64,000 bases of DNA from an uncultured bacterium. GTDB lineage: Bacteria; Oederibacteriota; Oederibacteriia; Oederibacteriales; Oederibacteriaceae. This document shows positions 11,178-20,763 of the stretch, piece by piece. The stretch lies in contig OZ218778.1 of the NCBI GenBank assembly GCA_965112635.1, positions 437,807-501,806 on the forward strand. Direction: 5' to 3'. A program made the position numbers and the translations under genes. Every line of letters starts with the position of its first letter. The first letter of the stretch is position 1. The notes under the pieces are model-generated. The model had not been told where the DNA came from. It was given only the letters and a program-made list of their open reading frames with translations, and did no database searches.

Positions 11178-12188
11178 TTATCTTGAGGGATTCAAGATCC
11201 GCTTGAACCGATTGGCTAAAAGACGTCGGTCCAAGACAGGGGTCAAGATAGATCTCAAATATCTGATGGAAACAACTCTTTTCTGTTGGATACCCTTCCT
11301 TTTTGCCAGTATCAAAGGGAAGTTCCTCAGAAAATCAAGCTTCCCTTTCAAATAGGCGCGCCACTGCCCGCGGATAACGCAAAAATAAAATAACCCACCG
11401 ATCTCTTGGACGACCTTATGGTGCAGATAACGGACCATCAGAGGAAAAGGCATGTTCTTCAGTCCGACATACTCATCGTTCCTGGCTAAAAAATAAATGC
11501 CTCTGTCAAAGGTCTTGGAAAGGGTCGCGTTGACCCTGTGGCGCACCCAGGCCTGGGATACATAAAGGCATTTCCATCCCATAAGCTGGGCCCGAAAATT
11601 AAGGTCCGTATCTTCACAGTTCAAGTAAAAATCTTCATCAAAAAAACCTATCTCATCGATCATCTTTCTGCGGTATAGGGCCGCCCCGGCACAGGCGCCA
11701 AAAACAAACTTCTTTTCCATAAAACCCAGGGCGGGCTCACGGTTCCCCATTTTGATACCATGGCCGGAGGTAAGGCATCCGTCGCCCCCGCTGTCTATGA
11801 TGTCGGGCCGGTCGTAAAAGACCATCCTCGACGCGCATAGTCCTATCCGGTCGTCCTCTGCCATACCCTGGACCAGCGCCGCGAGCCATTTGCTGTCAGG
11901 GCAGGCATCGTTGTTGAGCAGAGCGACCAGTTCCCCTGTAGCGGACTTTAACCCCTCGACGTTCCCGCCGGCAAATCCTTTATTCTCGGACAAGGCCACA
12001 CTCTTGACGGCCGGATAATGGCTTTTGAGGAAGAAAACGGAATCATCTTTGGAACCGTTATCGACGACGACGATCTCGACCGCCGGATAAGTCTGGGCCA
12101 ACAGCGCGTCCATGCACTCCTGCAGCATGGACCGCCCGTTCCAGTTGACAACGATGACCGATACGAGCTTCAGGGACATTGGCTTCAC
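11178..12188 (-). CDS. Family 2 glycosyltransferase
   Basis: VSVIVVNWNG...VDNGSKDDS plus a DxD-type region (NNDACPD); GT-A fold. Confidence 0.8.
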   Translation of the reverse strand: MKPMSLKLVSVIVVNWNGRSMLQECMDALLAQTYPAVEIVVVDNGSKDDSVFFLKSHYPAVKSVALSENKGFAGGNVEGLKSATGELVALLNNDACPDSKWLAALVQGMAEDDRIGLCASRMVFYDRPDIIDSGGDGCLTSGHGIKMGNREPALGFMEKKFVFGACAGAALYRRKMIDEIGFFDEDFYLNCEDTDLNFRAQLMGWKCLYVSQAWVRHRVNATLSKTFDRGIYFLARNDEYVGLKNMPFPLMVRYLHHKVVQEIGGLFYFCVIRGQWRAYLKGKLDFLRNFPLILAKRKGIQQKRVVSIRYLRSILTPVLDRRLLANRFKRILNPSR

Positions 12189-12242
12189 CGACCTGCCCTT
12201 CCCAAGACTGGATAACCGCCAAGCGTCTGTTCCAAGGGCGGC

Positions 12243-13889
12243 CTAGTTTTCCGCTCCGCCCTCATATAATCCGCAGAACCTGAATCTAAGGATCGCCCAC
12301 AACCAGGTCAAAGGGTCCCAGAGCATCTTAACTTTTTTCCCCTCTCTAAAGGACCTCGATCTGTAGTTGACCGGAATCTCCAACGGCTGGTATCCTTTGC
12401 GCAAAAGCTTGATCATGAGCTCGAAATCAAAATCAAAGCGGTTAGCCTTGAAAGTCAAACCATATATGCAGTCTTTCCGAAATACCTTGAACATGGTGAA
12501 GGGGTCTTTTAACTTTGAACCGCAAAAAATGTTCAACAAAAACGTAAAAATAAGGTGACCCAGATTCAAAGAAAACGCCTTGGCTGGCTCATGCGTAAAT
12601 TCCCTTATTTTCCAGCTTTTGGAGTGGCGGGACCCCAGGACAAAAGACTGCTGATGCCGTAAAATAGGTTCTAACAATTGTTCGTAATCATTCAGGTCAT
12701 ATTCTAGGTCCCCGTCTTGGATAATCACGATGCCCCCCGAAGCCTGGGCAAGTCCTGTCCTGACCGCGTGGCCCTTCCCTTTGGGTGACTCCTCCAGAAC
12801 AACCTTAACGCCCTGCCTGTTCTTATATTTCAGCACCGCTTCCCGTGTTCCATCGGTCGAACCGCTTTCCACGACAATAATCTCTCTTTTAATCCCGGAG
12901 ATTTTCTTTTTGAGTAATAATTCCATCAAGTTTTCAAAAGTCTTTATTTCATTAAAAACCGGAATAATGACGGACAGCTTCTCCTCTTCTTTGGTTTCGA
13001 CGCTTCGGCATAATACGTTTATCCCGCTGGCGACTGTTTTAACTTTCAACGTTTTCAAAAACCTAGGGGAAATACGGGTCAATAAAGCCAGTAAACTCGA
13101 AAAAAACGGGACTTTAAAACGGGAAAAATGGTGGTTGATATAATCCAGGGTTAAATACTTATAGGTTGGTGTTATTTGGATATTCTCAAACCCGCTTTTG
13201 ATAAGAAGATTTCTGCTTGTTTGTTTATTAAAATAAAACAAGTGTTCTGCTTTAAATTCCAGCCAATTTTGTTTCAATAGTCTGGCCGACCAATTGTCCA
13301 GACTGGGAGTGGAAAAAAACAGAACACCATCAGGCTTTAAGGATTTTTTTACGTTCTTTAGCAGGGCAATGGGGTCGCGCGAGTGTTCGATAACATCGAA
13401 CATTACGCAAACATCAAAGTATTTATCCGGAAATTTAATCTTTTCAAAACTACCGCACTGGACGCGCCTGCCGCCAAGTTTTTGATTTGAAATTTGGCAG
13501 GCATGGGGTGATATATCGTTGCCCGTAACTGTAAACCCGTACTCTTTGGCTGCGGCAAGAAAATGCCCTTCCCCGCACCCGATCTCCAGTAATCTACCTT
13601 TACTGTGGCCTTTATAGTTGACCAATTGTTGAAGGTATAAATCAACGGTGGCTTTTTTCATTGCCTGAATATTTGCGTTATCTTCTTCCGATTTACTGCC
13701 CAGAAAATAATCACAAGAGTATATTTCCTTTAAGGCTTGATCGGAAGGTTGGGGGTTAAAAAACATTAGGCCGCAGTCGGAGCATTCGCATACAGGATAA
13801 CCTTTAGAAACAAATTCATAAATAAGTCTATCCCCATTGCAAATGGGACAAAAATGCCTAAAAAAGCGACTTAAATTTTTTCTGGCCAT
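12243..13889 (-). CDS. Bifunctional protein: N-terminal class I SAM methyltransferase with a Zn-ribbon, fused to a C-terminal DPM1-like GT2 glycosyltransferase
   Basis: The N-terminal part has Cys pairs (CPICNG...CECSDCG), MTase motif I LLEIGCGEGHF and post-I FDVIEHSRDP. The C-terminal part has LSVIIPVFNE...ESGSTDGT...DGDLEYD. Confidence 0.75.
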   Translation of the reverse strand: MARKNLSRFFRHFCPICNGDRLIYEFVSKGYPVCECSDCGLMFFNPQPSDQALKEIYSCDYFLGSKSEEDNANIQAMKKATVDLYLQQLVNYKGHSKGRLLEIGCGEGHFLAAAKEYGFTVTGNDISPHACQISNQKLGGRRVQCGSFEKIKFPDKYFDVCVMFDVIEHSRDPIALLKNVKKSLKPDGVLFFSTPSLDNWSARLLKQNWLEFKAEHLFYFNKQTSRNLLIKSGFENIQITPTYKYLTLDYINHHFSRFKVPFFSSLLALLTRISPRFLKTLKVKTVASGINVLCRSVETKEEEKLSVIIPVFNEIKTFENLMELLLKKKISGIKREIIVVESGSTDGTREAVLKYKNRQGVKVVLEESPKGKGHAVRTGLAQASGGIVIIQDGDLEYDLNDYEQLLEPILRHQQSFVLGSRHSKSWKIREFTHEPAKAFSLNLGHLIFTFLLNIFCGSKLKDPFTMFKVFRKDCIYGLTFKANRFDFDFELMIKLLRKGYQPLEIPVNYRSRSFREGKKVKMLWDPLTWLWAILRFRFCGLYEGGAEN

Positions 13890-14119
13890 AATGTCGAGGG
13901 TTACTCCTTTTATGAATTAAGAAAGCATCACTGACTCGGCATGAAATGCTTTTATCTCTTTAATTGACCAAGCTTAATCCCAGAACAGCATTATACATTA
14001 ATCAAATGTATCATAACTTACCCTTAAACTTGTTCGAAGTACGGCTTGGCTTTGACATTAACCATAAAATAAAATTTATCTATTTAATCTCCACTGATTC
14101 TTTTTTTAAATTGCTTAAT

Positions 14120-14974
14120 TTAAAAAGGTGATTGTTTCTGAGCTATAACTAAAAATTCACCGATTTTGAAAGCAATGGGACATTGAAAAATAACGGGTAG
14201 GCGTTTTCCTATATTTAAGCCTATCTTGACAGACTTTGGAAAGTAAATAATCAATTGTTTGAGCAGAAAATCTAGGCTCATCACTTTGACGGCGTCCTGG
14301 ACAGCTAAAGTTCTAAGGCCGGCCTGGACTAGCAAAGTATTGAAATAGCGGCGTGAAAAAAGATGGGTGTGTTGGTAAGGTTCTAACATGGGCCAGCGTC
14401 GTCCCATCAAGACCCTTAACCAAGAATCCGTATTCGGGGTGGCCACCATTAGGAACCCGCCCGGCTTGATCAGGCTGGCCCATTGCTTGAGGCTCTCCAG
14501 GGGTTGGCGTGTATGCTCTAGGATATCGAATGCGGTCACCACATCATACTGACCGATATTCATCTGATTGATATCCCCCACCCGAATCCTTTCTTTGATC
14601 CCTGGTGCCGCGGCCCCAACAGCCTCTTCTGAGAGTTCCACTCCCCAGGCATCAAAACCGTCTTTGAGAGCGACCTCTACCATGTACCCGCTTGAGCATC
14701 CTAGATCGAGTAACTTGCCCTTGGAAGCGAAACGATCGAGCAATTTCAAGCGCCTTTCAAAGGTCTTGATCTTGAGGTCACGTCCCTTGAGGTTCTCCTT
14801 GTACAATCCTTCCCGGTAGTGTTCTTCCACGTATTTTTTCATGGCCTCAGGTGTGGGTAAAGGGTCCAGGAACACGGTCCGGCAGTTTGGACAGCGCCAG
14901 TAGGTCCCCTCTGAGAATTTATGGTACAGGGAGGACGGAGTGGCGCAAAGATGACAGGTCACTTTCGTTTCCAT
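14120..14974 (-). CDS. Class I SAM-dependent methyltransferase with an N-terminal Zn-ribbon
   Basis: CHLC...CPNC, then LLDLGCSSGY (motif I) and FDILEHTRQP. The start is placed at METKV, which has the better RBS (GGGGAAAA). Confidence 0.75.
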   Translation of the reverse strand: METKVTCHLCATPSSLYHKFSEGTYWRCPNCRTVFLDPLPTPEAMKKYVEEHYREGLYKENLKGRDLKIKTFERRLKLLDRFASKGKLLDLGCSSGYMVEVALKDGFDAWGVELSEEAVGAAAPGIKERIRVGDINQMNIGQYDVVTAFDILEHTRQPLESLKQWASLIKPGGFLMVATPNTDSWLRVLMGRRWPMLEPYQHTHLFSRRYFNTLLVQAGLRTLAVQDAVKVMSLDFLLKQLIIYFPKSVKIGLNIGKRLPVIFQCPIAFKIGEFLVIAQKQSPF

Positions 14975-15162
14975 ATTTTCCCCTATCCTTTCCATTCAAG
15001 GGATGACCGGGAACGCAGCGCGTAAGGGTCGTCAAATATATTAGTTCGCGACTATAAAATAACTTCCCTGCATCCTATCTCAAACAATTTCCTGGAGTAT
15101 TTTCCCCTGTACCTGCCAGCTCCTGGAAATGCAAATCGCTTGCACCCTTCTTCATCTTGGGG

Positions 15163-18117
15163 TTAATTTTTCAATACTGTCATTATTACAATCCCCAAAA
15201 AAGCAATACAAGTTATTATCAAACCGAGCATGAACAAAAATGGCTTGTAGACAAATTCAACGATGTGCCTGCCTGGATCCAAAAAGACCCCGCGGAATAA
15301 ATAGTTGACACCCAAAAGGCTTGAGGCTTTGCCGTCCACATAGACCTTCCATCCAGGATAGTTCGAATCCGTTAGCATCAAGATCCCCGGTTTCTTGGTT
15401 TCCGCTTCAATTTTGACCCTTTGCGAGCTATAGGACAAAATACTGGCTGGGACAGCTTTACTAGCCAGACCTCTGCTCAAAGTCTTTAGTTGTTCCACTT
15501 TATCTGCTTGTTCCTTTGATAAGACCACGTATCTCCAGGGGTCAAAACGGCCGTCTTTTAACCGGGAAAGCACTTCCCTTTCACTGCCAACAACTTCTAT
15601 AGAATTAAAGATAGCGGCCCTTGGCAAGGGGTCTGAAATTTCGTAGATCTTAACCTCATTGTCGTAGATCTTCTTAAAAAAAGGATCTTGTTTCCGCCTT
15701 TGGTGCTGAACCCCTTGGTCATCGACAAAACTCAGCTTTCCCCATCCTGCCCGAGATGCCGAGATCAAATTACTGACACCAGGGCCCGTTGAAAACAGCA
15801 GATCGATTCTTTTTCCAGAGAACCTTCGCAGATCTAAATTTAGTTCCTGCCATCCTCTGTCCTGGGAGTTGTTCTTAGGATCAAGGATCCTTTCAAATAC
15901 TTTCTCGATGTTTTTCCCGTCCCTGACCTCCAAAATAAACCTGGCCCCGCTGGTCACCGAGTAAACATTGGGCTCAAGGATAATACCCAAATGGAGAAAA
16001 GGGGTTCGCCGATCAATAACGGTTGTATACGGAAGTCTTGAACTGGGCGGATATTGGCACAGGACCGTTTCAAAACCTCCGTTCACTTTGATGGTTTTTT
16101 TCGTAAACCCGCTCTCATCAGCGCGGTCCTGTCCAGCCAGGATCGCTTCAGAAACATCACCCCTGGAGCCATAAGACGAGATGCTCAACAAATATTTGAT
16201 AGAGGACAACTCAAGGAATCTCTTTTCTAGAGGGGTCTTAAACGAGTAATCGTACATTTTATCGTAGCCGGTGAACCTGTCGGCTAGGTCCTCATGGACC
16301 CTCGCCTCATCACCAGGAGCAAGAAGAAAATTCCTGATAAATTCCCTGTAAGGCCGGTACATCATCGCGGTCAAAGAGCGGACGTCATACAAACCGAATG
16401 TCCCTGCCCAATTGGGAAACAGGACCCCTTCCCGCCCGAACACCCTTGAACCATCGCTCGTTTTGGTCTCTAAAAAATCAACATAGGAGGCTCCCTGGTA
16501 GGGGCTGTATCGGGCAGGAGGGATTTTGTTGACGGAATACAGGCAAGGAAAAATATAATTCAGGAACAGTTCAGCGCAAAGAAAGACCAGCAGCAGCAGC
16601 GGCGCCCAGGAATGTTTTTCCTTTCTGAATAGAAACAAGAACAGGGTGACCGCCGCCAAACTAACCGCCGTGACAAGGACACTACCATAAAAGACCAATG
16701 ACCAGGCGGGTAAAACATGTATCTGGGGGAGCCAAGACAGGGCCAGTCCCATAAGCACCGCCAGGCAAATCACTCCAGTAGTCACGCCAAGCCATCGCTC
16801 CTCCCGGTGCTCCATCCAGGCGAACAAACCCGTTCCCGCCAGAAAAGCCATGGAAAAACCCATCAAAGGTTCTTGGTATTTCGTAAAAGTGACCATATTG
16901 GCGACCGGGACCCCTCCGATCCAATTCACCAGGGGAGAACCGAATCGTTTCATGAGCATCAAAATGATACTAAGACCGAAGAAGCAAACGATGATCCGCA
17001 GGGGGTTACGGGTTCTTTCCCAAAAACTCATGGAGGCCAAAACCGCCATAAGAGCGAATAAAAAAACCACGCCCCCCCAATAAGCCACGAGCCCGGTAAA
17101 ACCCGTTAAGCCCGTGAGGATGCAGTTATAGATTGGGCCGAATGCCAGAGGGACCAGATAGGTAAGGGTCATGCGGAGGTCTCCCTCATGGAGCAAGCCC
17201 ACGATATCTCTAACATTCCCCGGTTGGTGAGTATCTGAGGAGAGGCGCATGAACTCAACGAACGGCAGGAGCAGAAAAGCGGCCAGGCAAAAACCCATCG
17301 CGTAGGCCGCAACGATCTCCATGATGGGGACAGACCAATTAGCCCGCAGTTCGCTATCCGTCAGGATGCGAAACAGAGCATATAGACATCCATAAACCAG
17401 GATCAGGAATGTACTTTCCGGCATACCGGCCACGATAACCTGCCATATCATAAGGGATGCCAGCACGATGTTTTTCTTGCCTTTATTCCTAAGGAGCAGT
17501 TCAAAAGCCCAGAACACGGAAGGCAGTAAAACTTCCACGCTCAGATGATCCACCGGGAGGAAAACGATAAAATACCCGGAGAACATGAAAGCAATGGACG
17601 AGAATAGAGAGGGCAGGAACGGGAGGAACAACTTTGCGAAAAGGAACATGAAAACACCCGCGGTCAAAAACCGGAATATAAGGAAAAGATCCCTGGACGC
17701 TATATTAGGGAAAGGAAAGAACAACAGGTTGGACGGATTGAATGCGGCCGCCTGCATACCTGCTGCCAGGGGCATGCCGTAAGCTTCATAGGGGTCCCAC
17801 AAAGGGAGATTTTTCTCCTGGAAATATTGGTGGGAAATGATCTTGAACAAGGGGTCTGCGTGCCAGGCGGAGGCACCAGGATCGGCTGTCCACAGGAATC
17901 TTTTGGGGGGAATATTTTCTCCGTAGGCTCCGGTTGGCAGGATGCTGGGAACGTCCCGGACACTGGTCAACAGGGTCTTTCCACACCAAATAACGGGAAA
18001 AAAGAAAATATTAAGGACCACAATTAAAATAAATAATGCTTTCAGAGCATCGTTCCGTAACAGTTTCAACGCCCTCATCCTCCAGCTTTCGGTAGTCCGC
18101 CATGCTCTTTCCACCAC
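15163..18117 (-). CDS. Large polytopic membrane protein, YfhO-like (putative membrane glycosyltransferase / glycan-modifying enzyme)
   Basis: 984 aa. More than 12 predicted TM helices fill the N-terminal two thirds, followed by a soluble C-terminal domain. The architecture and size resemble the YfhO family; the assignment rests on architecture only. Confidence 0.5.
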   Translation of the reverse strand: MVERAWRTTESWRMRALKLLRNDALKALFILIVVLNIFFFPVIWCGKTLLTSVRDVPSILPTGAYGENIPPKRFLWTADPGASAWHADPLFKIISHQYFQEKNLPLWDPYEAYGMPLAAGMQAAAFNPSNLLFFPFPNIASRDLFLIFRFLTAGVFMFLFAKLFLPFLPSLFSSIAFMFSGYFIVFLPVDHLSVEVLLPSVFWAFELLLRNKGKKNIVLASLMIWQVIVAGMPESTFLILVYGCLYALFRILTDSELRANWSVPIMEIVAAYAMGFCLAAFLLLPFVEFMRLSSDTHQPGNVRDIVGLLHEGDLRMTLTYLVPLAFGPIYNCILTGLTGFTGLVAYWGGVVFLFALMAVLASMSFWERTRNPLRIIVCFFGLSIILMLMKRFGSPLVNWIGGVPVANMVTFTKYQEPLMGFSMAFLAGTGLFAWMEHREERWLGVTTGVICLAVLMGLALSWLPQIHVLPAWSLVFYGSVLVTAVSLAAVTLFLFLFRKEKHSWAPLLLLVFLCAELFLNYIFPCLYSVNKIPPARYSPYQGASYVDFLETKTSDGSRVFGREGVLFPNWAGTFGLYDVRSLTAMMYRPYREFIRNFLLAPGDEARVHEDLADRFTGYDKMYDYSFKTPLEKRFLELSSIKYLLSISSYGSRGDVSEAILAGQDRADESGFTKKTIKVNGGFETVLCQYPPSSRLPYTTVIDRRTPFLHLGIILEPNVYSVTSGARFILEVRDGKNIEKVFERILDPKNNSQDRGWQELNLDLRRFSGKRIDLLFSTGPGVSNLISASRAGWGKLSFVDDQGVQHQRRKQDPFFKKIYDNEVKIYEISDPLPRAAIFNSIEVVGSEREVLSRLKDGRFDPWRYVVLSKEQADKVEQLKTLSRGLASKAVPASILSYSSQRVKIEAETKKPGILMLTDSNYPGWKVYVDGKASSLLGVNYLFRGVFLDPGRHIVEFVYKPFLFMLGLIITCIAFLGIVIMTVLKN

Positions 18118-19004
18118 TCAATGGCTTGGTCCAACCCCTGCTCCAGATCGTACTTGGGGTGGAAACCGACCTCATCTTTTAACCGCCCAACATCTGCCGT
18201 GAGCTGAAAGGGTTCATTTTCAGGAAAAGGGACCGCACCAAAGTCGACCAAGCCCATTCTGCCTAACTTCAAGGCGATCGTTTCAACGACCTGTCGGACG
18301 GGTTGGGCTTGGCCCGAAGCAATATTGACCGGACCTTCCACCCCAGAATCCAAAAGGGCCACAAAAGAGTTCGCGACATCTTCCACGTGCATGAAATCCC
18401 TTTGCTGGCGGCCATGGGTGCATCGGGCGCGTTCTCCTTTTAATAACGCAAGGATTACTGAGGGGACTAACCGGGCAGGGTTTTCATAGGGACCGTAGAG
18501 AAGGAAGATCCTTCCCCAGGCCCCGCTTAGTCCGTTCTGCTGGCAGGTGGCTGTAAAGGTCTGCTGCAGCAAATGCTTGCTTTTTCCATACAAAGTACCG
18601 GGATTCAAGGGTGTTCGCCCCTCTAGGCACGTCCCATAGCTCCAATCGTATTCAGCACAGGTGCCGGCGAACACCAAACGTTTCCCGCCGTTCCTAGAAA
18701 AGTTCTTGAGAAGCTCTTGGCTGGCCTGCACCCAACGGTGGTTTTCCGGGGAGGCCCAGAACTTACCATGTACGGCATACCAGGCGAAATGAAGGAGAAA
18801 GGAAGGTTTGACCTCTGCAAAAAGCTCTGCCTGCGCCCTGGGGTCCAAAAGGTCGCATTCATGCCTTTGGACTTTTTGAGGAAGCCAAGCCATTTCACGG
18901 GTCCGGATATCGGCCAGATGTACCTCGTATCCGCGTCTCAGGAGTTCAGGAAGAGCCTGGCGACCGATGAATCCGCCGCCTCCGGTCAGGATGATCTTTT
19001 TCAT
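18075..19004 (-). CDS. NAD(P)-dependent NDP-sugar epimerase/reductase (SDR family); probable 4-ketoreductase of the CDP-sugar branch
   Basis: GGGGFIGRQ Rossmann motif and YGKSK catalytic motif. Co-operonic with rfbF, rfbG, the C-methyltransferase and the RmlC-like gene. Confidence 0.7.
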   Translation of the reverse strand: MKKIILTGGGGFIGRQALPELLRRGYEVHLADIRTREMAWLPQKVQRHECDLLDPRAQAELFAEVKPSFLLHFAWYAVHGKFWASPENHRWVQASQELLKNFSRNGGKRLVFAGTCAEYDWSYGTCLEGRTPLNPGTLYGKSKHLLQQTFTATCQQNGLSGAWGRIFLLYGPYENPARLVPSVILALLKGERARCTHGRQQRDFMHVEDVANSFVALLDSGVEGPVNIASGQAQPVRQVVETIALKLGRMGLVDFGAVPFPENEPFQLTADVGRLKDEVGFHPKYDLEQGLDQAIEWWKEHGGLPKAGG

Positions 19005-19531
19005 GGTTCAAAATCCGGATAGCTCAAGTCTTTCTCAGAAATGGCGGTGACGGGCAAAGGCCATTTGATCCCAAAGGCCGGATCATCCCAGCGCACCCCT
19101 TGAGCGGACTCCTTGTGGAAATAACTGGACATCTGGTAAAAGACCTCGGTGCGATCCTGTAGGGTCTGAAAACCGTGCGCCAAACCCTTGGGAATATAGA
19201 GCATCCTATGATTGTCGGCCGAAAGTTCCACGGCATAGGTTTTTTTGAAGGTTGGGGAATGAGGGCGGAGGTCAACGACCAGATCCAGGATAGCGCCCCG
19301 GGTGCAGCGGACGACCTTGCATTCTTCATGGGGGGCCGCTTGAAAATGCATCCCCCTGACCGTTCCCTTTTTGTGGTTAAAGGAAATGTTGCACTGGACC
19401 AGCTCCGGCTCCAGGCTGTGATCGACGAACTCTTGATGGCACCAGCTTCTGGCAAAAAACCCCCGTTCGTCGCTCAGGGGATCCAGATCGATGACCCAAA
19501 CGTCTTGGAGGGGAGTTTCCAAAAATTTCAC
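19001..19531 (-). CDS. RmlC-like cupin NDP-4-keto-6-deoxyhexose 3,5-epimerase
   Basis: The 176-aa product has the RmlC family core (RGMHFQ...K...YIPKGLAHGFQTL). Confidence 0.75.
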   Translation of the reverse strand: MKFLETPLQDVWVIDLDPLSDERGFFARSWCHQEFVDHSLEPELVQCNISFNHKKGTVRGMHFQAAPHEECKVVRCTRGAILDLVVDLRPHSPTFKKTYAVELSADNHRMLYIPKGLAHGFQTLQDRTEVFYQMSSYFHKESAQGVRWDDPAFGIKWPLPVTAISEKDLSYPDFEP

Positions 19532-20763
19532 GGGAGGACCTCGGTCTCAGGGATAGGAACGACGAATTGGCCTCCCCACTCTTTGATATAGGACATTTGT
19601 GCCATGACCTCGCTCTTCAAATTCCAGGGGAGGATCAGTAAATAGTCCGGCTTGGTTTTTTTTATCCTATCCGGGGAAAAGATGGGGATATGGGTTCCCG
19701 GCAGGAAATGGTTCTGTTTATAAGGGCTCCTATCTACCACATAGTCGATCAGGTCTGTCCGGACCCCGCAATAGTTCAAAAGGGTATTGCCTTTGGCCGC
19801 CGCCCCATATCCCACCACGACCTTTCCCTTTTCTTTGGTTTTTATCAGGAATTCCAAAAGCTTGCCTTTGGCCCGAACAGCCTTTTGGCCGAACGAGGTA
19901 TAAGTCTCCAGCTGGTCCAGACCGGCTCTGATCTCCTTGTCCTTGAGCGAGGCGACCCTGGGGCTCAGGGCCTGGATGCCGGTATCCTCATGCTGCCCAT
20001 AGATCCGCAAAGACCCGCCGTGAGTGGGCAGCTCTTCCACATCGAACAAAATCAGTCCGTGTTTCTTGAATATGGCTTCCACCACCATGAAAGAGAGGTA
20101 GGAAAAATGTTCGTGGTAAATGGTGTCGAACTGGTTCTTCTCCATCAGCTGTAGGAGATGGGGAAATTCCATGGTGATCACCCCGGCGTCTTGCAGGATC
20201 ACCTTCATGCCGGCCACAAAATCATTGATGTCCGGCACATGGGCCAGCACATTGTTGCCCAGGAGCAGGTCAGCTTGGACGCCTGAGTCTTTCAGCTCTT
20301 TTGCGGTTTGGACGCCGAAAAACTCGACCAAGGTTGGTATGCCTTTTTCTTCCGCTACCTTGGCAACATTTTTTGCCGGCTCGATGCCGAGAATGGGGAT
20401 GTTTTTCTTTTTGAAATACTGGAGCAGGTAACCGTCGTTACTGGCGATCTCGATCACCTGGCTGTCTTCGCCAAGCGCGAATCTTTCCGTCATCGCTTGG
20501 ACATACTGGGCGCAATGGCTTAGCCAGGCGTCGGCATAGGAGGAGAAATAGGCATAATCGCTGAAAATATTCTCAGGGCTTTCAAATTCTTCCAGCTGAA
20601 CCAGGAAACATTTATCGCACACATAGGCATGGAGCGGATAAAAAGGCTCCATTTTCTTGAGGTTTTCGGGTTTAACATAAGCATTGGAAAGCGGGGACAT
20701 GCCCAGGTCGACAAAGGTCTTTGTTAAAGAAGCCCCGCAAAACCTGCATTTTCCGGTGTTCAT
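19528..20763 (-). CDS. NDP-hexose C-methyltransferase (TylCIII/EvaC type), copy 1, in the CDP-sugar branch
   Basis: N-terminal Cys4 Zn-binding CRFCG...CDKC, a central class I MTase fold, and the C-terminal C-methyltransferase domain. Good RBS (GGGAGGG). Confidence 0.75.
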   Translation of the reverse strand: MNTGKCRFCGASLTKTFVDLGMSPLSNAYVKPENLKKMEPFYPLHAYVCDKCFLVQLEEFESPENIFSDYAYFSSYADAWLSHCAQYVQAMTERFALGEDSQVIEIASNDGYLLQYFKKKNIPILGIEPAKNVAKVAEEKGIPTLVEFFGVQTAKELKDSGVQADLLLGNNVLAHVPDINDFVAGMKVILQDAGVITMEFPHLLQLMEKNQFDTIYHEHFSYLSFMVVEAIFKKHGLILFDVEELPTHGGSLRIYGQHEDTGIQALSPRVASLKDKEIRAGLDQLETYTSFGQKAVRAKGKLLEFLIKTKEKGKVVVGYGAAAKGNTLLNYCGVRTDLIDYVVDRSPYKQNHFLPGTHIPIFSPDRIKKTKPDYLLILPWNLKSEVMAQMSYIKEWGGQFVVPIPETEVLP

